Below are positions 30,819-46,000 of a stretch of 64,000 nt of DNA, piece after piece. The stretch is taken from the NCBI RefSeq assembly GCF_000150275.1, contig NW_002060951.1, forward strand, positions 2,118,297 to 2,182,296, read 5' to 3'. This stretch comes from Trichoplax adhaerens (Eukaryota; Animalia; Placozoa). The stretch's first letter is position 1. Every line of letters starts with the position of its first letter. Both the position numbers and the translations under genes were made by a program. The notes below the pieces were generated by a model. The model saw only the letters and a program-made list of their open reading frames with translations, was not told the DNA's origin and made no database searches.

Positions 30819-33800
30819 TTTCGACAGATCGGCTAAACTTAGCTTCCTTTGGATATATTTAAGGCTATGATAAATGGCACCCAATACCTGCATGCGTGTA
30901 TATCTATATAGTCTTATAACTTCCGGTATGACTGTTTTTACAAAATGATAACGTAGAGAACAATATCCTTTATATGATTTTTAATTGCAAAGTGGATGTA
31001 TTAAATGAAATTATGGAGGAAAAAAAGTCTGATATGAATATAATTAGCAAGGATAACACCGGTATAATATCACCTGGCTCAAAGAATCGACACAAAACTC
31101 GGTACTGTTGTTTTAAAATACAGTATAATAAAGGATATTGTATTGAATTAAATTTAATATCCCAATCTTCTATTGACATTTAGCTACATTTGAAAGGTAT
31201 TAGGTTTGAAATATTTTATTTTTAGATTTAACTTCAAGTCTAAGTTTGACATAATCGACTGCACTCATCACTAAGCTATTCTAAATTTACAATCGAACAC
31301 CTGGCAATTATGTTAATAACTAATAACCTCTTAAATCATCAGGAAAGAAAGGATGCTAAACGGTTATTGTTGTTTAAAGGTTTGTTGGTACAACCCATCG
31401 GGTTTTGATATTAATCACATCGTGATTATCTTTAGCATTCCATTTATGAAAATCAAGCATGCGGAACACTAATTCTTATAACGGTGTAAATTTTTATTTT
31501 CTCTCTGTTGGTACCGAATACAAAATGTATTTATTATTTCTGTCACGTATTTTGCAATACCTATAGTCTGATCATATTCTTAAAAATGGACTTTAAAAAC
31601 ATCTTTATTCCAGTCTGGAACTGTCTATCGGCGAATTTGTAAACGCCCGATATCTTGTCCGCCTTCGAACTAACGAAAATTAGCAATCAAATTTTTTATG
31701 TCTATATTCATTTTTCAGTACCTAATTTTCTTTAGTTACGATATAACGGACATAATATTCAATATCTACATTGATAACTGATGATATAATAATAATAATA
31801 TAATCGATATTATCGAATACTTCTGCAATATCAGTGGAGAGAAATCAGAAGATTTTAATACATATGTACGTGTAATTTCCTCATCATATAATGGTAATGC
31901 CATCAATAGCAGTATACTGTCTATAGTCATACTAAACTTCACAACTTTCTTTGCATCTTTCATTGCATCATTTCGGAAATGAGTTTTATAACCTATTCCA
32001 AGATAATGTGGTAATTCATTTCTGAGGTGACTTTTAAGTTATTTAGACTCATCAGATTGGTGTTTACCTTAATTTTTATAATGAAGAAAAATAATAGATA
32101 AAAGCTCATGCTCGATGAAAAGAGGTTAAATGATTACAATAAATAAAGGGTAGACAACCAACCAAATTATTTATTCGATCTTATACTTCCTAGCAAGTTA
32201 ATTAAAGTTTTAATAATTAAAAGTGTGGAATTTTAAGTTATTATTATTATACTGATCTATAACCAGATTTTCAATTTTTACTTCGATAATTTCATAATAA
32301 TGAATGTGGTATACCTCGCGCCAAAAATCAGTTAGACAACAAAATTAACAAAATTTATCACCTTCACCTTTTCATGGACTTCAAAGAGTAACCAATACTC
32401 TCTTCGTCGAGACTACATGCTAGTAATAGTGACAGCTAGTAATAAAATTGTTAACATAAAAGGTATATAATATATATTGATCTAATATTATCTACAGTTG
32501 TAGCCAGAATATATAACAATCCTTGCAAACTAGGCTGTTCTACACATATTATTCTAGCTTTAATAATACAGCATATAGGTAGCAGAGTAGGAAATCTCTT
32601 ACTTTATTGATCATTTTCGTTTTGATTCTATTTCTGCGAAGTATTATTTTATACGGAACGTAAATAATAGGAAGCAAAATATTAGACAAAAATTGCCATG
32701 CTGCTGTCAACCAGCAACTATCCACGTGATTAATTCGATAGATACCAATTCAGAAGAAAATCAGGATATTTATTATGATGACTATACTGTACATTGTACA
32801 AGAAAAAAATTACACAATTACTAGGATTTTTGATAAATTGCTTCATAATACGCGTATTATCTATAGAAAATATCATAATCTAGAATACGTGTATTTGCAA
32901 TTGTATGCGATTTTATATCCTCATATCATTCTTTTATTATCTATTAACTGTATCAAATCTGAAAGATTTAAGTTTAATCAACAGGAAAACTCCATTTAAT
33001 AATATATTAATATTTGCTTACAATTAAAACAAGTCTAGCAATTATTCGATTAATGATAATTATGATAGATACTGTAAACTTGACGTCGCACAGTCGAATT
33101 AGTTTATTAATACCATCAGCAGAGTAAGGAATCAAAGTTTTCCTATTGTATTAATTTCAATTTTGATTTACGTAGGTAAACTTGTTATTAAGAGTTGATA
33201 TACTAATTAAATACCTACGGTAGATTTTATTATTTTCCGAAAAATTAAGGATATAACATAATAATTTGGTATCCTGCCAAAATGAGCATTTCAATTGGTG
33301 CAAATGGTGATGAGAATAGCAAGGATGAGGCCAATAATGTTAGGAAATTGAAAGAGAAGCGAGTATTCTATTTCTAAATTCGATTTCAAAACTTATCTTG
33401 CTTCAAATGAGGTAGTCTTTAGATGCTTTCCCCGACTGAAATGCGCCATCAATAAGTTCTATTTATCTGTAGTTAAAAGTATGATATGATAAATCAACCT
33501 AATTTGTTGAAATGCTATTCTTATAAAAATTATTGTTATGAATCGTAAAGAATTATGTTTACTTTATGCTTATCATGACGTCAGCAATATGTTGGAATAA
33601 TGTAATTAAATGATTTCCATTTAATGTATTGCAGACATTTACATTAAATACCGAAAATCATTGTTAGTACCTGCTAATGACGTGATACCTTGAAAAAAAT
33701 ATGCTAAAAATCAAAATAATACTTAAACTTTTGTATAGCGCAGCTATTATTTACTTCATACCCTTTGCAGTAAACATCATGCAACAAGCGAATTACTTAT

Positions 33801-36800
33801 TCTAGTAAGTTACAAGATCATACATAAATAAAACCTTTCTTTATCATCAAATAATACTCGAAAAGTATAAATTATATTGGAGAACTATGGTAATGGCTTA
33901 GTATACCATGAATTTTCTATTGATATCGATAAGCATCATTATCTGTGAATAAACATATTTACTCATATAAATATTTTTTAAACTAATTTCAATTCCAAAT
34001 TCTATCTCTGTACGCAACGACGATTGATGCTTTGTTATTTGTGGTCAATAGTTGGAAATATCATGAATTAAAATAATTAATAATCCTGACTATACCTATA
34101 TTTACTTAAATCTATATTGCTACTCGTTAGTATAGTATGTTACTATGGCTTTAATTAATAGATAGTACAATTAATACCGAAATACCAGATCTGACCGTCA
34201 CTCAATTAACTAACAGTTTTGTACTGTAAGCTAGTTATTATGGCATTTATTAATTGTCGCTGTGCGTTTTCGATAAATGACTGGTCTGCATCCCTGTGAC
34301 TTGTACAGCATTTTTCGTAATATCAATGTCAGATCACGCCGGCTTAAATTGAAGCGAATTTAGAGTCGAAAAATGTCATAACCAATTTTTAAAATTGCCG
34401 TTCTTAATTGAGCAGTGCTTAACCAGTACTAGAATAAAGTCTTCAAGGACCTGTACCTCAGAAAATTGCTTCACTATCATAATAACTTTAATTAAAATTT
34501 TTTTAATAAACGCAATGTTTAGTTAGTTACTCTTGTTTCGTGATTGGGGCTAACGATAAGCAACTAACGTACCTAATAATATAAAGCAAATTAACCTATT
34601 ACTTTTTAAAATATTTCTAATGAATAACTTGCCATAATATATTGCCAGCAGACTTTGTCCTGCAGTGAAGCTGTTAGATAAGCTGCTGCAGTCAACATGT
34701 TATATGGAAGTGAATTAGTTATAACTTAAAAATAATACCAAAATCTAGGTCTGTTGACAATAATAGGTCCATAGAAGTAATGTTAATGATAATTCAAGTA
34801 TGTTGATTTCAGCTACGTAGGATATGATATTTATCATAAAATTTTATTCTCATACTATGTTACGTAAGGGTTGAGTTATTTTTGCGCAATTCTTATCTTA
34901 TAAATGAGTTAGATAACTCATTTAAGCAGCTATGCTTTTCTGTCATTGTTATTCTTAGTCCTTTTCTAAGATCTGCTGTTGTAGGAAATTTTCCTTGCCT
35001 GTCGGAGCTTTTTGTGCTATTACGTAGTATCTCAGTCGAGAGAGAATCAGTAATAAAATCTGCTATTATAAAATTAATTGTGTAACTTACACTCTTATTA
35101 CGGTTAGTAGAACAGGTTTTGTTACGGTCCTCGCATTATATAGAATACTGCTACTACAGTCTTGAACCAGTTAATAATGGACTGAAAAAGCGACAATGAC
35201 GCAATTAATTCCTTATTCTACTTAAATTACAACTCGGTAAAGTGCTATCGTTGTTATGGTATGATGATCGATATTCTGTATGAATTTAAGAATTCATTAA
35301 AAATGATTAATATAAGATAACCAACAAACCATAAAGTATGTGCATAGTCAACATAGTTTAGTAGCATTGGTGGTCAAAAAAATAAAATTTTTTTAATATT
35401 AAATTGAACTACCAATAATTATAATTGAAGTCCAAACAAAATAAATTAGGGGAAAATACGAGTATATTATAAATTTAACAACAATTTTAGCAAAAACTCT
35501 CAAATGAATAACAAAATACAGGCAGAACTACTGCCTCAACCAACCAAACCATCAATTAATGGTATAACTCACGATTATCCTAAACGTTTCTTGTCTTCTC
35601 TAACTTCAACTGCACTAAATTACCGAACTACGTCACTTTTTATATGCTACGCAGAGCAATTGGTAGTATTAGACTATCCAACTATCAATCTAAAGTACTC
35701 CAAATAAAACTAGCAATAAAGCACACTCATAAAGATAAATTATACCCTAGACTCCCAAAAACTACTAAATTAATACTAAATATAGTTAGCTTGAAACCAT
35801 ACGTTTCTACATTATACGCTGAGACAAAATACTAATCCTAGATTAAATGTCTTGGGTTCATACTGCATGAAATTACAAAGTAACATTAACTTCTACCGTA
35901 ATTAATGATCAAAGTTAGCACACATATATTCTATTAACTAAATATGTCGCTTGAATTAGAAAATCATAATATCTGATTCTTAACAAAAAAATTATGCTAT
36001 GGATTATCTTAACTTCTAACACGAATAAAGCAGCCAGGTTTACAATATACTAAGACACTAAGTAAAATCTACTATTATAATCAACCAAATAATTCATATT
36101 TTTAAAGCTAGAACACTTATCACGATACAAAAACCAAACTATCTAGCTTAATGATTGAATTTTATCCAGTGTTTAATCTCTTCAGATACACCTGGCAATT
36201 AAAAACTTTTTCCGATCTCTGAAATGTGCCAAGTGAAAGTTTTGTTCACCACGAGAAAATAGCAATATTTCATATTTATATCACCCAATTTTTTTTTCAT
36301 ATAAGAGCAACAATACTAATATATTGGTAATTTTATTGAGCATTTGCGGTGAACTACGTATACGAATCATGAAGTACCTTTTCAATATACATAACTGTTC
36401 TCGTTATTATTCTAGGTTACTTTAGTTGCGTATAATAGAAAAATTTCCCGGAATTTGTATTGTATAATGAACATAAATATCAAATACGATAGCCTTATTG
36501 CATTGAGTATTGACTAATTAACGATGTTTAAAATCGCGATTCTTTTCGACAAACAATAAATAATGACCTTCAGAAATACTTAAGCATTACATAAAATAGC
36601 TAAAAAATTTCATAAGCAGGTTATCCCAATAAGAGTGTGATATATACCGATCACGAAATTCAAAATTTTAGAAAAATAAGGGCTTTATTGAATCTTATAC
36701 AAAGATTAACTACGCACATATCTACTCTAGCCGAATACTACTATTAAAGACTTCTAGAACGAACTAACAGAATAATCTAAAGTTGCATGCTTTTATACTT

Positions 36801-39089
36801 TTCGTAGCATTCGCAGCTACAATCTGCACGGCAACCTTTTGCCTCATTTTACACATACTTAAATTATTTTTAGTAACACTATTCTACTGCAGACCATCAT
36901 TAATTTGAATGGATACGACTACAGTATTTATGTAGACATTATTTACACCAGCCAAAGTACAATGAATTAACCATATCCTAATATATGATTTAGGTTCTAT
37001 TTTTACCTATAACCTTATTAGTATCTCAACATCTTACTGTATATAGCCATCTGTACTCTAGCATAGAGTCCATACCACTACAGTCTTTAGTTACGGCTAC
37101 CAAATATCTCCTAGGATAAATATAGAGGTTACGCTACAGTATATTATACTAAACATGGCTAACAGTCTACAATCACAATACTAAGTTACGTTACAAAGAG
37201 ACATTCTGATTATTCCCATGATAATCGGACCGCCGACATTAAGGTGAACGATTTCTATTTTCCCTTTAAAATACATTAAAATTATATCGTTGTTAGAATA
37301 AAATTCCGAATATGAATTCATAGTATATTTAAAACATATTAACAATCTCTGCAATAACTGTGAATAAAAGTTATTGATATGCGTTACTCAACCAATCAAA
37401 CTGTATGCTGTATAGTCAATAATAAGGGAAATTTTTTACATAGCCTAAATGTCGCAAATAACCCATTATAGGTAGGCACTACAATAGAGACCATTATTAA
37501 AAGATTGAAAGAGATTAGTTGAAAAAGACAAATAACCGGTAATAATATTATGCTAAATTATTATCTAGAGCTTATCATTACAATTAGTAACACGATCATT
37601 TATCATCTCTATCTGAAGATGCTTTAGAATTAATAAAATCATTAACGCCACGCAAAATTCTCAGAAATTTCGCATGCAGCGTGAATTATGCTACTTAAAA
37701 GTCATTCATAATTTTTTCAGTACTACCTAAAGATTACGAATCATATCTTTTTACATTTCTGACTGTATGATTGAATATAAGTGACCGTTTGTAATCACAT
37801 GAGTGATTGAATTGAAATGCCCCAAATTTTTCTATGAATAGCACCGACGTGGAAATTATTAGTCGGTACTAGCAACTGAGATCAGTTAGTGTAATATTTA
37901 AGAGTATTCAGATGAATAAATGTGGTAGCGTCGCTCAGCCCGACTGAAACATTTTATCACCCACGTATCAAAGTACTAAATTACCGTGAGTAGCGTTTTA
38001 TATATCATTAAGTAGATTTTGACTAAGTTAGAGAATGGCGATTGCCATCTAAATGTTTTGTGTAATTCTATAACTAAATGTGATTTAAGTGCATGCAGTA
38101 GGGGCAGTGATCGAATATATCAATGTTACATTATTTTAGTATGACAATAATTCCTAAATTTTGCAGTAGATTCCCGAACATAGTGTTGAACGAGCAATTT
38201 ACCAGTTATTACAATAGTGATCCACTACTTTCAGTTTGCATACGTCTAGCGCATTATATTCAGTAACAATTAAAAATTCCGTAGTGACAAACATTAACCA
38301 TACGCATATACATCACTATTTATTATAAAATTAGTGCTTTATTGAATATTGTGTAATACTACAGTTTCGTATTATATTATTTAACTGCCTACGAAATTGG
38401 AAAGGTTGCAGTATCTCTGTCAGAGAAGCAATAAGAATTGGGTGGGTGGTGGGAATTAGCTGTAGAAGCCGAAGATAATTGGGGTTTTTCCCATGTTGGA
38501 TCTGTAGTTAATGCAACTAGATCAAAGCTTAGAGAAGTCCTGCATAGGACATTTTGGGTGAGCTATCACCTTCTGATTGGTTACACTGTAACCCCGCGAC
38601 GACTTGAGTAGTCAAACCGGTCATGCCTCTAAACAACTATTTAAGCACTTCACTCTGCTAATAAATCAGATTTGTGATTTCCTTATAAGTTGAAGACTTA
38701 ATCCATTATCTAGGACAAGTTGATTAGGGTTCGAACTACGGACAAAATTCTTCAATACGGAAGATCGCTTAGTGACTTCATATATTAATCTCGTTTAGTC
38801 GTTAATGACAGAAAAACAGTCGAAATTACATTCTCAATCCGTGTTAACAGTTTCTACAAATTGAGACTTGTAACACCACGATATTGCAATTTATTCAAAC
38901 AGGCTGAAGGTTCTCACGCATTAATCTTTCATTATTTATATCGGTGTTACAGTGTTATATACTGTATATATATAAAATTAATATCTAATTCAGTAAATGA
39001 TTCTAATGTTAATTGTATTAACTATGACTCATGAACTATTGAGGAGTAGTATATAAATGCAGTATATCGTGAAATAAAGAGAATTCTCC

Positions 39090-39255
39090 AACTTAGTGTT
39101 CAACGTAAAATACGAGGCGTTTAAGTCTTTGTGTAGTCTGCTAATAGAGCAAAAGTGTTTGTGATAGTGCAGATATCGTTCCTTGATACGTGGTTCAAGG
39201 AATTGACTTATTGATCGTATATTGCGTTATCTTGTTGCAAAGCTGTTTTGTGACA
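39090..39255 (-). repeat. 166-bp interspersed repeat, copy 2 (spacer between GPCR C and GPCR B)
   Basis: Inverted copy of 27317-27482; a central block of ~58 bp containing the hairpin is identical. Confidence 0.9.
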
Positions 39256-40037
39256 ATCGGCTATTTATTCAGGAGGTACTATAGGTACAAGCTTAAATTC
39301 TCATCTTAACAAAAGCATTAAAATTTTTAGGGCAGAGGAATCGCTAGATATCTGTCGCTATTATACATTGAGAATGCTATATATTGTAATAGCTGATTTT
39401 GTTAATAACGATTAAGAATATAGGAGATTTGGTAATGAAATTTTATTTTTACGTTTTAGTTCAAATTGAAAGTTTAATTACAACAGCGGCTACACATTCG
39501 GGATTAATGATATTATTTCATTGCATAGATCATACACTTTTAGTATATAATAATTAAAATTTAAAGTATTTGAATAACATCACGCAAAATATTTTGAGGA
39601 TCTTCAGAAAACATACCAATTGATTGCGCAGCAATGACATTAGTGTCGCAAAAGTACAATAATTATGTATTTATTATTTATTACCCTTAAATATTTTTGC
39701 ACTGAAACAATACTATAGACAAACTATCATGAACTGTTGTTTGCAATGTTAAAAATGGCAGCGTTGAGCACCACTTGTTAAAGATTAGTTTGACTACACT
39801 TAAAATTAGACCTGACAACACATACATGTAACATGAGAAAGAAAATGCATGAATTCGCGATTTTATCCTAAGATTTTAATTTTTTATGAAATGAATGAAA
39901 TTTCATGTATATGGCGAGTTCGTTACCTGCTAACAGTGGAAATACGTAGTATATTATGAGAATATGGTTCGTATATGAAAAATTGCTTCATCATGGTAAC
40001 CTTATCCAAACATTATCTCATATAACGGTATAGTTAA

Positions 40038-43000
40038 TTAGGGCTGTTCGACTTCGATCTTTTTCACTGATTTCTGTTCATTTTTATCTTTCTACAGGAA
40101 AAGCAGATTAAACAATGGTGTCATAGATTTGAATATCTATCAGAAATTTTCTAGAACTTAAATGATCAACAACTAAAGTAATGGATAGTTTAAGAAATCA
40201 ATAAGTTACATATTGGTTTTTTATCTGCATCAATTGAAATTTAGTAATTTATACTTTAAGTAATTCTAAAATGGGTATGAAAAAAGATCGAAAACCTGTT
40301 CCTTCTTCTTCGATTCTTTATCATCGGAATCACTGGACGATTTAGATAAACTACACTTTGACTTACTAGCTGGTGATCTATCCGTTATGGGTCCAGCAAC
40401 ATCTCCATTCGTCATATTAATCCTTTTTGCTAAATTTATTGCATGCCACTATATTTATGTATTAAATTCGCAAATGATTAATATCATTCTTTAGCTTAAG
40501 CAGAATGCTATTAGCAATATAAGTAAATACAAGGTAAGTATAGTATCTGGATCATACTTCTTAAAATGCTACATGGTATGATAATTTACAAAGATAAAAT
40601 TTGGTAGAACATTCTAGTTCATTGTATAGCATACGGTAATTATGAAATCATAAACAATAAATAGGAATGGTTCTAATCAAACTATTTGACGACTATTTAC
40701 TAATTTTTGAATGTTTGCAAGTATCTTTAAGATAGCTTGCGATATCATTATCATCTATACTTATTTTGAATTTCAAGTGAGCATAGCTGAGAGTAACCAA
40801 AATCTGTTACCGTTTCATTAAGAACTATAAAATAGTATAGGAAATTTTGTAAGATATTTATTTGAATGGCTCACCTTAGGTACGAAGATCACAATTATCG
40901 TTACGGAGGTACAAAATACAATAAATGAGGCAATCAAGCAATAACTTGTAATGGGGTCAGCTGTCACAACTGCAGTCAATAAAACTCCAGTGACGCATAG
41001 CACAAATACGTTATAAATGCATAATCCGATCAATTTAGAATCGTTTAGCTCTGGGATTGTAACATGACGTGTCTCCCAAGCTAGAAATGCTCCAAAAACG
41101 ATCAGTAAAAACTTCCAGCAATAGATTACTACCATCCAAATTGTCATATAGTTTGATACACAAATAATAGCAACAGAACGAGTAATTACTGCCGCGTTGG
41201 TTTCCAACTGTGCAAACGAAAACGATTGAAATAGTCAACTTCATTACAATACAATATCCTTATATTCTAAGAAGTGTTATACCTATACCCGTATTATCGA
41301 TAGCTATTAAAATTTACCTTTGGATTTAGGGTAACTTGTTTGGTATAGATTGGGTCAATAATATGCCAAAGTATCATAATGACAGCATCAAAGATAGTTA
41401 AGGCGAAAATTTTACCAATTAAACTTTTGTCTTTGATAATCTGTGTAGTGTGAATGTATAGAATTAGCTTTTTTATAAATTGAAATCTGTGAAGCCAGGC
41501 AGTTATTAAACGGTAGAATACTTAGCTAATAGTTGAACGTCTGCATGAGATCTATTATTGATAAACTGATGAATGAATAGTATTGATCTATTTGCTGAAA
41601 TAAATCGCCGCATAATGAACGAAATAAATTTTACTTTAGCGCTTTTGCTATGAACATGCAGGTAAAATATTAATGATTTAACAGTTAAAATGGCAAAATT
41701 TAGGTCAATTGAAGGAAAAAATTTTTATGATGGAATGAAAGCTAATTATGTACGGTATGTTAAACTGCAATGTTACAACTTTAAGTTGATAAAACTAAAC
41801 AATTGGCTTCCAAAAAAGATATAAGATTCAAATTCTAGAGGCATTTCCTACATTTATTATATGAAATTAATTGTAATTACGCATCGGACTCACTCATAAA
41901 TATAACAAATATTAATATTCGTTAGAAGCTACTTGGTACGTATGAAGTTAACATTATGGTATATTGTAAACCAACTTACGATAGATCGCTTTGTTTTATT
42001 CCTATAGATGCTGTAAACCCTCCAAGTTTTCCAAAATAAGGCTCCAAAACCCAATGTAAAACCTAAACATATAGTCCACGCTGCACTATGACAAAATATA
42101 GGCATTGACCTAATACCGACCGCTTTTGAGTCTAACCCAAAAAAGAGCACAGATATGTAGCATAAAATCGAACCAAGGAGCATAACGATATTAATTTTAG
42201 GACTGGACATTTTGATAAGTCTATTAAATATTTATTTGCGAAATATAAAATTCATTATTAGTGGTCAATGGTAAAAATCATGGTTTCAGCACTACCTTAA
42301 TATCAAGTTGACGTGTGGCTCGTTAAAATGATAGTTCAAATTTTTATACTGTAGTAGTAAATGTATTAACACCTTATTTGTATGGTACCTGTCATGTTGC
42401 TTGCTAACGTTTAAAAATATAAATGCAGCGCATAAGGCTATCCCAATTCCGGCTAAGCAAGCAAATAAAGTAAATACGGGACTAGAAATGAAAATTTCTT
42501 CAATTTCAATGCGTTCTACATCAACTGGAGCAAAACTTCCTACATAGAAAGCCAAGAAAATGATCAACTAACGAAAAGAGAATCAAATATATCGATAGTA
42601 TACTGTAAAAATTACTTTATTTAATTGATATTTCGAAATACTGCAGCGTAAATTTATGCCTGCTGGTAGGTACCGTACCTTGCCATTTTATTGTATTTCC
42701 TTTAACACCTAAAGTTAATTTATCTTTGAAGTAATTATAATTTCCGGTCTGAATTGTATAATTTGCAAAGGTATTCTCTAAAAGGAAATGGCAATAGTCA
42801 TGATTTTAATTTAAAATAACGTAAATTGCAGTAAATTGGCATGTATATTGCGGTATTTAAGCATCACTTGGAATCTGAAAATTATATAACTTAAATCATA
42901 AAATTAATAGTGCAATGGCACAATGTTCAAGAAATCTTAGCCTTTGGCAATATTTCTATAAGAATAGTCTTCTACAGAAGTAAGAATTTGACATGATAAA

Positions 43001-46000
43001 TGCATTATTTTAGGTTAAAGCATGGTTAGTGCTCAACTCCGCGGCGTACCATCTTTAAAATAATATTCTATTAAGCGAGCTCAAATTACATCGTGTTCAA
43101 ACACTGAGTATTGATAAGGTACTTTAGCTTAAGTTCACAATGAATAATTAAAGTGCTATAATATCAATCTTTTACGATATTCCTGATTAAAGAGTTAAAG
43201 TATTTATAAAATACATATATTTATTTCTATATGTGATTCGTATATGTATAACAATTCGTAATTAAATTTCTGGTTAAATCGCTTTTTACTTTGGTACTGC
43301 ATGACGATAACGCTCCCAACTCTATTTCCGTCAATGAAGACAATTCGATCCTAAGATTGAAACGTAATAATTAATCTCAATTCACAGCTGTGAATTTACA
43401 ACCTTAGTGATTAAAATAATATAATTTAATTTTGCTTTTACGCTAATATCAACAGAGAATTTTCGAAGTAAGCGGTAAAGATATGTTCTTAAAAGTATTA
43501 TATCTAATGTCTGTAGAATGTATACAATTATAATTGCTACGTTGATTATCAGATTTTCCCGGTATGTTGCTGAGTTGTTATCATTAAAAAAGTTAACTAA
43601 TTTATCGTCAGATGATTGAGAACTATCTCTATACAATGGATTATTCTAAAATAAAACGTATTCTTAAGTGATCGATTATTAGACGAGTGGCACTGAATTG
43701 AGCTTAACCAGCTAATACTTAGGTAGATTATACACGTTGATCATAAACTTGTCTGCAGGACAAAAGGTAGACTAGTGCCAATTATATCAGTACAAAAAAA
43801 ATTATTAGAACAGTAATTCTACTTAATATAAAGTTACGAGGTATAATTGCTGGATTAATGAGGGTAAAAAATACTTATTTTATACTATCTCCTTATACCA
43901 CAACCTTGTTCATGATATGAATATTGACCCGTCAAATACCGTACTGATAGAAGAATCATGAATGATATTAATTAGAATCTAACGATAGCACTCGTGTACT
44001 TACTGTTAAGCCAATAAATGATACGTTATTCATTTCATTGATAAGAATCTTGGGTATAACAGTATCGTTGTAATCAAATAACGTCAAATTCTTTAATTGC
44101 TTCCTAAGGATGATATCTGTTCGATTTAGACCAAGGGCTAAAGCCCATATGGCATCATAAGCATATGTGTAGCTGCCAACTAGTGGCTTTCCACTTGAGA
44201 AATTAGCGAATGCTGTTTTAAATCCTTCTTGTGTCTAAAACCGAATATTAGGTAGGTAACACGTAAGTATTATTTTGTTACGATCCAACTGGACATATAT
44301 TTTTAGCCTTTAAAAAAATGTACTAGTCATTACAGATGACAACTTCATTAGGCTATGATTAGTAATTTTAAGATTAAGCTTAGCTTATGAGTGAAATGAA
44401 CGATGCAGACATACATAACCGGATAACGTAGGCTCAGATAATCGCGGAGTAACCTCATTTTTAAAAGCAATGTAACCTTCTATAACTTCTTGTAGATTTT
44501 CAGCCGTACAATTCACTTTAGCGTCATTGAGATTGTTAATGAACCAATTGTTTAGAAAAAAGCCTGGTAACATCCAAACATACTTAGATCCATATACTTT
44601 CTGATGATAAGCCTAATTTCAAGTATGATTTTAATAGTTTAATCAATGTAATCAACTAGGATAACCATTACTTAACTTGAAATTAGAACTGACTCTTTGT
44701 ATTTATACCATATAAATCTTTACAGGTGAATATATGCTTTGTATTACGGCTTTAAAATTATTCGTTATCGAAAGTTGATAATAATTATAATAAGAGAATT
44801 TAACATGCACATTTTAGATCTAGTGGTATAATTGAGAACTATTATTACAACGTATTCGTAACATTTTAAAGTCAAATGGGGACAAATTATTTCAAACATT
44901 TATTAGATTTCCATATCCGAGTTTACTACTTATATGAAAATGAATTTAAACCTCGAGCTACTTAACCAACTATGTTACGATACAAGTTTTTCAACCTATT
45001 TTTTTTAAACTAATGCTTACTAATATCCGTTCATACTACTAAAGGTAATATTGACTAAAATTTAAAACTTTATTCTCATACTGTATTTGTAATACTAACT
45101 TACCTCACAAAATACTCTTATTGCATTTACAGGGTATGCAAATAGGAGAATTATTCGTACGTCTCTAGACTGGAGTATCACAAAAAGATGTAGCAAAGTA
45201 TTTATAGACATGTACACAAATCTGTTATGTTAACACTATTCAGTATTTAAATTGTATCAAGAATCTACAATAACAGATCTTATTGATAATTTTCCCATCC
45301 AAACAAGATACTTCGTAATATTATAGTATAAAAAGCTCTAGCAGACAAATAAAATTTCTTACGGCAGATTTTGGATATCAAGGACTAAGAACAAGTGCTA
45401 CAGAAATAGTGCAGCTGCATAAATACGATACCTATCTTATTTGCAACATTAAGTGAACTGAATTAGGTTAGCATTATTTTATAAAGATTCTTTGGATTAA
45501 AGAGTTTATAGTTATAGCTCATGTGAAATGTATTATAGCTAGTGGTTGAATAAAGCTCAAATGCTGTTATATAACAAGATTAACTTCGAATCCGATACAT
45601 TACATATATACCGGCACCGTAAATTCTATACAGTAATTGACAGATTGTAGTCGTTCGAAAAATTAAAATTGAGGTGCAAGGAACCTAATTGCGGAATTTC
45701 TTCGCGTGAAAGTAATTCTGGGACAACTGGTCAGAAAGAAGCGTAAATCCAATTCGCTATAAACAAGTGTCTGTAGCTAACTAATTAGTAACTTTAAATA
45801 CTAGTAAGAGCCCATCTTTCTATACCCCAGTTTTGTCAAAATAAAACTGAAGTAAAGAAAAATGAAGTCTAGTATTACTTAACATGTATGAGAAATAGCT
45901 CTATGGTACGGCAAATCTAGAGTACTTGTTCTCAGCGATATTAGCAAATGCATATCGCCGTTAATTTTGCTTTCTTGAAAGATTCCAATTTTGACAAGCT

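Noticed and set aside
30819-30893. Upstream in-frame ATG extending GPCR B by 25 aa
   Set aside because: The hydrophobic signal peptide starts at 30818, which gives an exon 1 length matching paralog A. The extension is not excluded but has no support.
34396-43790. Short matches between ~34.4-34.7 kb and ~43.7-43.8 kb (CTGCAGGACAAA, GCTTAACCAG)
   Set aside because: Only 10-12 bp, inconsistent orientation, and not extendable by eye.
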